The notes below the pieces were generated by a model, which was not told the origin of the DNA, did no database searches, and worked only from the letters and a program-made list of their open reading frames with translations. Of a stretch of 64,000 nucleotides of DNA, positions 34,111 to 42,166 are shown one piece after another; the first letter of the stretch is position 1; every line of letters starts with the position of its first letter. Location: positions 608,001 to 672,000 of the forward strand of contig CAWKHF010000012.1 of assembly GCA_963849325.1 (NCBI GenBank). Direction: 5' to 3'. The position numbers and the translations under genes were made by a program. The stretch is from an uncultured Planctomycetota bacterium. GTDB taxonomy: Bacteria > Planctomycetota > Planctomycetia > Gemmatales > Gemmataceae.

Positions 34111-34623
34111 CTATTCTGGATCCCTGGAATGGCAACTACCCCCGGCAGGACTCGAACCTGCGGCCGTCGGTTTAGAAAACCGATGCTCTATCCTCTGAGC
34201 TACGGGGGCAAATAATCGATCTACTCCCAAGTAATCGCTCGCTGCCCACTTGGCATTGGGGTCGAAGCGAACCCAGATTTCGGCTGCCATAGTGGCCGGT
34301 ATTTCATCCGTCCTCAGATAGTAGACCTTATCGGTATCCGGGCAGTAGACCGCAAATCCATCGATTTTCGTTCGATCCAGAATACATGACGTACATCCTC
34401 CACTCCAGCTGTAGCAACTACGCAATCGTATACTGAACTTATTGTCTTTGCGTGTGGAATACCGAACTTGCACTCTCCTCAGTAGACAATCGGCATTCAC
34501 TAACACCAGGTCAAAAGGTAGGTGTTCTGTAATCGGTATACACGCCTTGACGCCCGCCTTGGCGGCTTCGGCAATAACCGCAGCCACCGCCACATCGCCC
34601 TTCTCTTTCGTATGGTGGCTCAT
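34111..34623 (-). CDS. PD-(D/E)XK endonuclease, I-Ssp6803I-like (group I intron-associated family); ORF overlaps the whole tRNA-Arg gene
   Basis: MSHHTKEKGDVA..P..EHLPFDLV..RRVQVR..IDGFAVYCPDTDKVYYL; GGAGG RBS 4 nt upstream of ATG; visibly lower GC than flanks. Confidence 0.82.
   Translation of the reverse strand: MSHHTKEKGDVAVAAVIAEAAKAGVKACIPITEHLPFDLVLVNADCLLRRVQVRYSTRKDNKFSIRLRSCYSWSGGCTSCILDRTKIDGFAVYCPDTDKVYYLRTDEIPATMAAEIWVRFDPNAKWAASDYLGVDRLFAPVAQRIEHRFSKPTAAGSSPAGGSCHSRDPE
34137..34209 (-). tRNA. tRNA-Arg (anticodon UCU); CCA not encoded
   Basis: GCCCCCG-TA-GCTC AGAGGATA GAGC-A-TCGGT TT TCT AA ACCGA-CGGCC-GCAGG TTCGAGT CCTGC-CGGGGGT-A forms a complete cloverleaf. Confidence 0.96.
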
Positions 34624-34682
34624 ATTACCTCCTCGGGAGCGGCGGTGCATTGTCCCTTATGCTACGGGAGCCTTCGCTCCCG
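34624..34682 (-). ncRNA. tRNA-like structured leader / partial tRNA remnant lacking the T-arm
   Basis: CGGGAGC-GAAG-GCTCCCG-TA-GCAT AAGGGACA ATGC-A-CCGCC GCTCCCGA GGAGG-TAAT-(ATG). Confidence 0.6.
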
Positions 34683-34685
34683 GTC

Positions 34686-34714
34686 ATTAGAGCAAACCCG
34701 AATAGGGACAGCAA
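34686..34714 (-). promoter_or_regulatory. Putative sigma70 promoter for leader-nuclease-tRNA unit
   Basis: TTGCTG-17 nt-TCTAAT with TGn extension. Confidence 0.45.
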
Positions 34715-34757
34715 CCCATGCCGTGTCCTCCACCATCGGCGTGAGTGAACGCGACTG

Positions 34758-35513
34758 CTATCTCAGCACCTGGATGAGCTTGACGAGCACCACGTCGGCG
34801 ACGAGGACGAGGAAGATGGACACGACGACGCCGCGCGTGGCGGCCTGACCGACGCCCTCGGTGCCGCCGCGCGCGTTCATGCCGAACCAGCAACCGCTGA
34901 CGCCGATCAGGTAGCCGAACACCACCGTTTTCAGCACGGCCGGGATGGCGTCGCTCAAGGTGAGGACGCGCAGGCACTCCGTGCGATACTGCGTCCAGGA
35001 CAGGCTGCCGCCGAGCGCCTCGGCGACGAAGCCGGCGCCCAGCGCCAGATAGGCGATGAACAAGGTCAACAACGGCAGCGCCACCATGCAGGCGAGCAGA
35101 CGCGGCGCCACCAATTCCCGCAGCGGCGAGAGGCCGAGCACTTCCAGAGCGTCGATTTGTTCGGTCAGCCGCATCGATCCCAGTTCGGCCCCGAGACTGG
35201 CGCCGGAACGGCCGGCGACGAGAAGGCCGGCGGCCAGCGGCGCGAATTCGAGCACCACGGCCAGGGACAGCGCTTGCGGCAAATACTGCACGGCGCCCGG
35301 CCCGCCCACCGTCTGCAAGGAGCCGCGCAGGTGCAGCCAGACCACCGCGCCGATGGCGACCCCCGCTGCCACGCCCAGTGGCAGCGCCCCCAGCAGGATT
35401 TGATGGAGCTGGACGTGCAGAGAGGACAACCGGCGCAGGGCAAACGGCAACGCCAGCAGCGCTCGTCCGGCGAAGTAGATGGCGTGTCCCAGGCTTTCGA
35501 GGAAGGCGAGCAT
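34758..35513 (-). CDS. MlaE-family ABC transporter permease
   Basis: VVLEFAPLAAGLLVAGRSGASLGAELGSMRLTEQIDALEVLG; GGTEGVGQAATRGVV. Confidence 0.92.
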   Translation of the reverse strand: MLAFLESLGHAIYFAGRALLALPFALRRLSSLHVQLHQILLGALPLGVAAGVAIGAVVWLHLRGSLQTVGGPGAVQYLPQALSLAVVLEFAPLAAGLLVAGRSGASLGAELGSMRLTEQIDALEVLGLSPLRELVAPRLLACMVALPLLTLFIAYLALGAGFVAEALGGSLSWTQYRTECLRVLTLSDAIPAVLKTVVFGYLIGVSGCWFGMNARGGTEGVGQAATRGVVVSIFLVLVADVVLVKLIQVLR

Positions 35514-35530
35514 CCCAAACCCAGCGAGCG

Positions 35531-35579
35531 GGGTTGCGTCCGCGCCCCCAGGGTCTACCTCGGGGCGCGGATGCAACCC
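35531..35579. repeat. REP-like hairpin
   Basis: GGGTTGCGTCCGCGCCCC ... GGGGCGCGGATGCAACCC. Confidence 0.7.
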
Positions 35580-35602
35580 CGCTCGCCGGGGAGCAATCCC
35601 TT

Positions 35603-36001
35603 CTATACCTCGACGAGGCTCTCTTGGGGCCGGACGCGAACCGCTGCGCTGCGCCGCCTCAGCTGCTCCTTGCGGAATAAATCCAGAAGGTCGAACCGCA
35701 GTTCCAGGTCGTGAACGCCGCGGCGGTCCCACTCGCGGAGGACGTGCGACGTGGCCGGGTTGAGTCCGGCGATGTGGTGCAGCCAGGTGATGCCCGCGTC
35801 CAGGGTCAGATGGCGGGTACGCGGATGGTGCCAGGCGGCGTGCGTCGCCAGGCAGCCCATCGGCACGGCGCGGGTGAAGCAGCCGTGGATAAGTAGCGGA
35901 CTACTCTTTTGCAGCAACTCCACGAGGCGGTCCAGGCCCGCGTCGGTGAGATGGGGCAGCCACGCCGACCGCAATTCACCCAGGCATTCGGGAGAAAGCA
36001 T
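35603..36001 (-). CDS. Hypothetical protein (Cys/His-containing)
   Basis: AAAGGAG RBS; TATAAT at 36085-36090 (minus); non-shadow amino-acid composition. Confidence 0.7.
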   Translation of the reverse strand: MLSPECLGELRSAWLPHLTDAGLDRLVELLQKSSPLLIHGCFTRAVPMGCLATHAAWHHPRTRHLTLDAGITWLHHIAGLNPATSHVLREWDRRGVHDLELRFDLLDLFRKEQLRRRSAAVRVRPQESLVEV

Positions 36002-36188
36002 AGCACGACTCCTTTGCGTTGGTTTCCATCCACAGCCGACGTCGCATCGGCCGTCACGGAGAATGCGCCTGTGAAGGCAGCGCTATTATACGGCGTTTCG
36101 TTCAGTCCAGGTGTCCCTGGAAGGCCTCGGCCGCCGACCGGAAGGGTAGATAGCGGTCGCTTGTCTCTGTGGGACGGTGCGTTAGGAG

Positions 36189-36225
36189 AAAAAACCCCGC
36201 CGTTCGCGGGTGCGAAGCGGCGGGG
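36189..36225 (-). terminator. Intrinsic terminator
   Basis: CCCCGCCGCTTCGC-ACCC-GCGAACGGCGGGG-TTTTTT. Confidence 0.8.
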
Positions 36226-36253
36226 CCGGAACAGAGAAGAGGCCGTTAAGTTA
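36189..36253 (-). ncRNA. Candidate small RNA or attenuator transcript (~65 nt)
   Basis: Lies between a TTGACA-17-TACTTT promoter and a hairpin + U6 terminator. Confidence 0.5.
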
Positions 36254-36259
36254 GGGTAG

Positions 36260-36288
36260 AAAGTAACGCCTTCCTTCCGCTCTGTCAA
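36260..36288 (-). promoter_or_regulatory. Sigma70 promoter
   Basis: TTGACA (36283-36288), 17-nt spacer, TACTTT (36260-36265); AT-rich upstream tract. Confidence 0.65.
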
Positions 36289-36565
36289 CCACTTTTCCCA
36301 AAAAAATCTCGATTGCTACTGTACATTATTGCACTATGCCAAGGAGCCCCCTCCCTTTGACTTCCGAAATCTTCCCTTCATTCGTGGAGGGGATTGCTCG
36401 GCACGGATGGACCGTTTACACTAACACAGCTTTTTCAAGAATCGGGTGAACCCGACCAACTCTCCAGGTTCCGATAACGAGCCGTGTCCTGGGAGCCTCC
36501 GTGTTTGACCTGGTGCCTTTCTCGTTGCGCCTTCGGACCATCCTTGAAGGAAGGGGTTTCGTCTC

Positions 36566-37363
36566 ATGTGGACAACGATTGCGCTACTGACTGTCCTGGG
36601 CGGGTCGCCGGGTCAATCCGAGTTGAACCTCACCCACGTGCGCTCCACCCACGGACTGCTCGGCCCGGAGCGCACGAACGAAACCCTTGCGCCGGGCGAC
36701 ATCCTTTTTCTGTGCTTCGACATCGAGGGCGTCCGGGTCGATGACGACGGCAAGGTGAAGTACAGCATGGGAATCGAGGTGAGCGACTCCGGCGGCAAAG
36801 TCCTGTTCAAGCAGGTCCCCCAGGACCTCGAAGTGAAAACGTCCCTCGGCGGCGTCGTCGTGCCGGGGTTCGCCAAACTCAACGTCGGCCTCGATACGCC
36901 GCCGGGCGACTACCAGTTCAAGCTCACCGTCAAGGATCTCGCCTCGGCCAAGGAACAGAGCCTGACGCGGAACGTCAAGGTCCTGCCCAGGGATTTCGCC
37001 CTCGTCCGTGCGAGCACGAGCGTCGATCCGGACGGCCAGTATCCCGCCGCCGTCTTCGCGGCCGGGCAGGGCGTTTGGGTCCACGGCCATGCGGTCGGCT
37101 TCGCCCGCAGCGGCGCCGGCGGTCAACCCAACGTCGTCTTCGAGATGCGCGTGCTCGACGAGAATGGCAGGCCGACGTTGTCCCGGCCGGTCACGAGCAC
37201 GATCAACAAGGGCATTCCCGCCAAGGAAGCCGCCTTGCCGATGGCGTTCCCCCTAACGCTCAACCGCGCGGGCAAATTCACAGTCGAATTGCTGGCCACC
37301 GATCAGGCCAGCGGCAAAAAGACCAAGACGTCGTTCCCCCTCATCGTCCGGGCCGGACAATAA
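36566..37363 (+). CDS. Secreted hypothetical protein with two similar beta-sandwich-like halves
   Basis: Signal peptide; TPPGDYQFKLTVKDL and NRAGKFTVELLATDQ internal similarity. Confidence 0.75.
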   Translation: MWTTIALLTVLGGSPGQSELNLTHVRSTHGLLGPERTNETLAPGDILFLCFDIEGVRVDDDGKVKYSMGIEVSDSGGKVLFKQVPQDLEVKTSLGGVVVPGFAKLNVGLDTPPGDYQFKLTVKDLASAKEQSLTRNVKVLPRDFALVRASTSVDPDGQYPAAVFAAGQGVWVHGHAVGFARSGAGGQPNVVFEMRVLDENGRPTLSRPVTSTINKGIPAKEAALPMAFPLTLNRAGKFTVELLATDQASGKKTKTSFPLIVRAGQ

Positions 37364-37430
37364 TAACGAGCAAGCCGCTGGCGGCTTGGCGGAGGAGCGG
37401 CAAGCAGCTTTGGGATGGAGGGAAGTTCGT

Positions 37431-38720
37431 ATGAACAAGCGAATCCTCATGGCGACGGTCGCCCTTGGGATCATCGGGGGCAGTGTCCGCGCCGCGGAGC
37501 CGAAGGCGGCCGTGGGACATCTGCTGACTGCGGAAGGCACGTTGTTTCAGCGCGCCAGGGTCGGCCAGCCCTGGCGGACGGTGCCAGCGAAAGGGTCGGT
37601 ACAAGCGGGAGAGATGTTAGTCGGACTGCCCGGCGCCGCCATCGAAACCAACAAGGCAGCGGTGCGGCTGTCCCTCTTGACGGACATGGACAAGAACTCG
37701 CCGTATCCAGTCTTCGAGGCCGCCGTCATCCTGCACGCTAGTCCGGGCTACGACCTGGATTTCACGCTGGACCGCGGCCGCGTCGATGTCGCCAATACGA
37801 AGCCGAAGGGGGCGGCGCGCGTGCGCATCCGCTTCCACGACCAGACGTGGGAGGCGACGCTGAGCGAACCGGGTACGCGCATCGCCCTGGAACTGTATGG
37901 CCGCTGGCCCAAAGGGGCGCGTTTCAGTCCGAAGGCCGATCCGCAAAACGTGCCGGCCGCCGATCTGCTGTTCCTGGTCCGCAAAGGCCACGTCGATCTG
38001 AAGCACGGAGGCCGCCAGCACGCCCTGTCGGCGCCGCCCGGCCCTGCGCTGCTGCACTGGGACAACGGCGGCGAGCCGGAGGAAGGGCCGCAGAAACTCG
38101 ACAAAGTGCCCGACTGGGCCGGCACCGACGAATCCACCTCCGAACGCGCACAGCGGATCAAGAAAGTCCTTGATGAGTTTCGCCAGGAGGTGGTCGCCTC
38201 GTCGCTGCCGGCCGCCCTGGATTCGTTCGTGACGTCGGAAGACCCCAACCATCGGGCCACCGGCGTGATCCTCGTGGGTGCCACCGACGACCTCGAACGC
38301 CTCGGCACCGTCCTGACGGAAACCAAGTATCCCGATGCCTGGGATTGGGCCGTGGTGGTGGTGCGGAACTGGATCGGTCGCGGTCCCGGCCAGGACCAGA
38401 TCATCTACCAACGGATGCTCGCCAAGCGGAAGATGTCTCCCGCTCATGCCCAGACCATCATGCAGCTTCTGCACAGCTTCGGCGACACCGACCTGGCCCA
38501 GCCCGAGCTATACAAGATGCTGGTTAAATTCCTCGATCACGAGGTCATGGGCATCCGCGGGTTGGCCCACTGGCACCTGGTGCGCCTGGTGCCGGTCGGC
38601 AAGAAGTTCGACTTCAATCCGCTCGACCCCAAGGAGAAGCGCGACAAGGCCCGCGATCAGTGGAAGAAACTCATCGACGACATGCTGGCCGCGAAGCAGT
38701 TGCCGCCGCGTAGTTCGTGA
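37431..38720 (+). CDS. Secreted hypothetical protein, paralogous to the C-terminal domain of 13776-16010
   Basis: Signal peptide; shared blocks LDFTLDRGRV / VDVTLQRGRL and GLAHWHLVRL / ELARWHLYRL. Confidence 0.8.
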   Translation: MNKRILMATVALGIIGGSVRAAEPKAAVGHLLTAEGTLFQRARVGQPWRTVPAKGSVQAGEMLVGLPGAAIETNKAAVRLSLLTDMDKNSPYPVFEAAVILHASPGYDLDFTLDRGRVDVANTKPKGAARVRIRFHDQTWEATLSEPGTRIALELYGRWPKGARFSPKADPQNVPAADLLFLVRKGHVDLKHGGRQHALSAPPGPALLHWDNGGEPEEGPQKLDKVPDWAGTDESTSERAQRIKKVLDEFRQEVVASSLPAALDSFVTSEDPNHRATGVILVGATDDLERLGTVLTETKYPDAWDWAVVVVRNWIGRGPGQDQIIYQRMLAKRKMSPAHAQTIMQLLHSFGDTDLAQPELYKMLVKFLDHEVMGIRGLAHWHLVRLVPVGKKFDFNPLDPKEKRDKARDQWKKLIDDMLAAKQLPPRSS

Positions 38721-38815
38721 AGCGTAGCGAACTCTTATCCGAGCCTGAAGCGTCAGCGAAGAGATGCTCTTCGCTGACGCTTCAGGCTCCGAAAGATGGC
38801 TCTGGAGAAATCAAC

Positions 38816-39895
38816 GTGTTTTTCTCGCCATTCCGTCTAACCCCGCTGCTCGTCATCTTGATGGCCGGCTTTGTCGTCCTGCCTGCACGGGCGCAGTTTT
38901 CCGCCGTCGGGGGTGTCACCGCGCCTCGCATTCTGCCACCCCCCCGGCTCAACTACCGTCGCGGCTACGTCGTTCCCCGCTACGGCTACGGTTACGGCTA
39001 CGGCTGGAACAACTGGATGCAGAACCCCTACCAGGGCTATCTCAACGGCGCCGCTAACGTGACGAACGCCAACGCCCAGTATCAGTTGACCATCCAGCAG
39101 GCCAAGCAGGCCCGCGAGGAGGCCCGGCGTTCCGCCCTGCGGACGCGGCGGGAAACCATCGAAGAACGGCAGTACGAACAGTCGTTGATGCCCGATCCGG
39201 AGCAGATCCGCCAGGACCAGATGCGGCGCAGCCTCCAGCGCAGCCGCAACAATCCGCCGCTGACCGATATTTGGTCGGGCAAGGCCCTCAACGATTTGCT
39301 GCTGGCCATCCAGCAGGCGCAGACGCGCGGCGTCACCGGACCCTCGGTCCCGCTATCCTCCGAGGTCGTCCAGCACATTAACCTGACGACCGGCACGACG
39401 TATGGCGGGATCGGTCTGCTTAAAAACGGCGGCCAGCTGTCGTGGCCTTTCATCCTTCGCCAGTCCATATTTGACGACGAACGCAATCGGCTGAACGACC
39501 TGGTGCGGCAGGCGGTGAAACAGGCCCAAACGGGCGAGGTGGCGGTCGAACTGCTCAACGACATCGGCGCCGCGCTGAAGCAGCTGGGAAGCGCCATCGA
39601 CACCCGCGTCAACGCCCTGACACCGACGCAGTACGTCCAGGCCACGCGCTATGTGCGCGAGCTGAACGAGTCGTACAAGGTGCTCCAGCAGACCGACGTA
39701 GCCAGGTATTTCCGGCCCGGCGGAACGGCGCAAGGCTCGACGGTGGCCGAGTTGGTCAAGCAGATGACGCAACAGGGTCTGCGCTTCGCCCCGGCGGTGT
39801 CCGGCGACGAACCGTACTACACGTCGTTTCATCGCTCGCTGGTGGACTACGACATGGGCATGGCCCAGCTGACGGCGTCGGCGTCGCGGCCCTGA
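38816..39895 (+). CDS. Secreted hypothetical protein (Tyr/Gly-rich N-terminus, helical); start uncertain
   Basis: Signal-peptide-like N-terminus; long open frame with typical codon usage. Confidence 0.72.
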   Translation: MFFSPFRLTPLLVILMAGFVVLPARAQFSAVGGVTAPRILPPPRLNYRRGYVVPRYGYGYGYGWNNWMQNPYQGYLNGAANVTNANAQYQLTIQQAKQAREEARRSALRTRRETIEERQYEQSLMPDPEQIRQDQMRRSLQRSRNNPPLTDIWSGKALNDLLLAIQQAQTRGVTGPSVPLSSEVVQHINLTTGTTYGGIGLLKNGGQLSWPFILRQSIFDDERNRLNDLVRQAVKQAQTGEVAVELLNDIGAALKQLGSAIDTRVNALTPTQYVQATRYVRELNESYKVLQQTDVARYFRPGGTAQGSTVAELVKQMTQQGLRFAPAVSGDEPYYTSFHRSLVDYDMGMAQLTASASRP

Positions 39896-39976
39896 TGCGG
39901 TAAAATGCGAGGTCCGCCGCGTGACCGAGGGGATCGCCGAGGGAAAAGATATTCGAGAGACCGGCCCAGAACATGA

Positions 39977-40005
39977 TTGCGTTGAATACTCCGGGCGGCT
40001 ATAGT
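39977..40005 (+). promoter_or_regulatory. Putative sigma70 promoter
   Basis: TTGCGT-17 nt-TATAGT. Confidence 0.5.
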
Positions 40006-40080
40006 CGTCTGCAACTCTAGAGGGAGTTCCCCCGACCGTTTGGGGGGCGAGACCGAAACCGCATATGGGGAGGTTTGCTG

Positions 40081-40395
40081 ATGAGGACAACCGTGAAGTT
40101 GGGTCTGAGCCTGGCCGTGGTCCTGGGCTTCCTGGTCCTGGCTCGGGCCGACGAAGGCAAGGAACAAACCCTGAAGGGCACGATCACCTGCGCCAAGTGC
40201 GATCTGAAATTGGTGAAGAAGTGCGCCACCGTCATCAAGGTCAAGGACACCGTCTACTGGTTCGATGCGGACAGCCACAAGAAGAACCACAAGGCGATTT
40301 GCACGACACCCAAGGAAGGCACCGTGAAGGGCACCGTCTCCGAAAAGGATGGCAAGAAGTGGGTGAAGGTGTCCGACATCAAATACAACGACTAG
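40081..40395 (+). CDS. Small secreted Cys/His protein (DUF6370-like)
   Basis: Signal peptide; TLKGTITCAKCDLK..C..HKAIC; GGGGAGG RBS. Confidence 0.75.
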   Translation: MRTTVKLGLSLAVVLGFLVLARADEGKEQTLKGTITCAKCDLKLVKKCATVIKVKDTVYWFDADSHKKNHKAICTTPKEGTVKGTVSEKDGKKWVKVSDIKYND

Positions 40396-40597
40396 CCTGT
40401 CGTTCGCCCCGCTCGCCAAGCTGATCCGCCAACGCCACCCAACCGGGTGGCGTTGCTGTTTTGCGGGCCGAACGGTTGTGGATTTCAGGTCCGAGCCGCG
40501 ACCGCGAGGGAGCGGGGACTGGGATCGAGGCCTGCGCACTCGCATGGCGAGAAAACGGCAGGGACGCTACGATACAGGCAACGAGGAGGAAGAAATC

Positions 40598-41527
40598 GTG
40601 CACATCATTCTCGCCAATCCGCGCGGCTTCTGTGCCGGCGTGAACATGGCCATCGAGAGCCTGGAACGCGCCCTTGAGGTCTACGGCACCCCGCTGTACG
40701 TCTATCACGAAATCGTTCACAACCGCCCGGTCGTCGAGCGCTTCCGCAAGCACGGCGTCGTCTTCGTGGACCACGTTCACGAGGTGCCGGCCGGGTCCAC
40801 CCTTCTGTACAGCGCCCACGGCGTCGCTCCGGCCATCCGCGCCGCCGCCGCCGAGCGGCGCCTGCGGGCCATCGACGCCACCTGTCCGTTGGTCACCAAG
40901 GTCCATCTCGAAGCCGTCCGCTTCGCCAGGGAGAATTACATCATCCTCCTCATCGGCCACGAGGGACACGATGAGGTGCTGGGGACCACCGGCGAGGCGC
41001 CGGAGCACATTCGCCTGGTGCAGAGCGTCGAGGAAGTCGAAGCGCTGGACCTGCCGGCCGGCGCCAAGGTGGCCTACCTGACGCAGACGACGCTGAGCGT
41101 GGACGATGCCGAGGTCATCATCGCCGCCCTCAAGCGGCGTTTCCCGCACATCGTCGGCCCGTCGCGCGACGACATCTGTTATGCCACGCAAAACCGGCAG
41201 GAGGCCGTCAAGGAGCTGGTGCCGCGGGCGGACGCCGTCATCGTACTCGGCAGCCAGAATAGCTCGAATAGTCTGCGCCTGGCCGAGCTGGCGCGGACGC
41301 ACGGCAAACCGGCCTACCTCATCGACAGCATCCGCGATCTGCCGGCGGATTGCTTGATCGGCACGGAGACGGTGCTCATCACCGCCGGCGCCAGCGCCCC
41401 GGAAGAGGTGGTCCAGGAATGCGTCGAGGTCCTGCGCGAACGCTTCGGCGCCCGCGTCGAGTCGAGGACCGTCCGCGAGGAACACGTCAGCTTCCCGTTG
41501 CCCCGCGAGCTGCGCGTGTTGACGTGA
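40598..41527 (+). CDS. ispH: 4-hydroxy-3-methylbut-2-enyl diphosphate reductase
   Basis: PRGFCAGV, HEIVHN, SAHGV, DATCPLVTKVH, DICYATQNRQ, NSSNSLRL, TAGASAPE. Confidence 0.97.
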   Translation: MHIILANPRGFCAGVNMAIESLERALEVYGTPLYVYHEIVHNRPVVERFRKHGVVFVDHVHEVPAGSTLLYSAHGVAPAIRAAAAERRLRAIDATCPLVTKVHLEAVRFARENYIILLIGHEGHDEVLGTTGEAPEHIRLVQSVEEVEALDLPAGAKVAYLTQTTLSVDDAEVIIAALKRRFPHIVGPSRDDICYATQNRQEAVKELVPRADAVIVLGSQNSSNSLRLAELARTHGKPAYLIDSIRDLPADCLIGTETVLITAGASAPEEVVQECVEVLRERFGARVESRTVREEHVSFPLPRELRVLT

Positions 41528-41553
41528 GGCGAAGGAAAGGAGCGGAGGGAGAC

Positions 41554-42159
41554 ATGGCGATCCTTGTGAAACTCGGTCCGGCGGATCACGGCCGACCGAT
41601 GACCCTGGAAGAGTTCCACGTGAGCGATTACCAGGAAGGTTACCAGTACGAACTTATTGACGGAAAGCTGTACGTGTCCCCTCAACCCAACGCCCCCCAG
41701 GGGCTGGCCGATCGCTGGATCTACCTCAAGCTTCAGCGCTACTCGGACGACCATCCGGAAGTCCTCAACTTCGTGTACGGCAAGTGTCGCGTCTTCGTTC
41801 CCGGCCGGCCCGGCGTGACCAATCCCGAGCCGGACGTGACGGCGTACAAGGATTTTCCGCTGGATCTTCCGGTTTCCGAAGTTCGCTGGCAGGACGTCAG
41901 TCCCGTCCTTGTCGTCGAGGTACTGTCCCTGGACGACCCCGACAAAGACCTGGTCCGCAACGTGGAGCTGTATGGCCTGGTTCCCTCGATCAAGGAATAC
42001 TGGGTGATCGACACGCGAGAAGACGTCGAACATCCGCGTATGCTGGTGCATCGCCGGGGTCGCGGTCGTAAGTGGCGCTCTCTGGACGTTGGACCCGACG
42101 AGCGTTACACCACGCCTCTGCTGCCCGACTTTGAGCTGATTCTCGATTTGCGACGCTGA
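41554..42159 (+). CDS. Uma2-family restriction-endonuclease-like protein
   Basis: [39 protein letters not shown]. Confidence 0.9.
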   Translation: MAILVKLGPADHGRPMTLEEFHVSDYQEGYQYELIDGKLYVSPQPNAPQGLADRWIYLKLQRYSDDHPEVLNFVYGKCRVFVPGRPGVTNPEPDVTAYKDFPLDLPVSEVRWQDVSPVLVVEVLSLDDPDKDLVRNVELYGLVPSIKEYWVIDTREDVEHPRMLVHRRGRGRKWRSLDVGPDERYTTPLLPDFELILDLRR

Positions 42160-42166
42160 GGCGCTT

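Noticed and set aside
34210-34623. Group I intron in a tRNA
   Set aside because: The ORF fills the whole interval between the partial tRNA and the intact tRNA; no space or recognisable P7/catalytic core, and the tRNA anticodon loop is uninterrupted
34624-34700. Second functional or fully permuted tRNA gene
   Set aside because: No T-arm (TTCRA) upstream or downstream, an 8-nt anticodon loop and a stem mismatch; kept only as a tRNA-like leader
33032-36001. Prophage or integrative island at the tRNA
   Set aside because: No integrase, phage genes or duplicated tRNA 3' end (att site) seen in the window
41554-42159. Uma2 gene as a defence system
   Set aside because: A highly expanded, scattered family in this lineage, with no partner genes here
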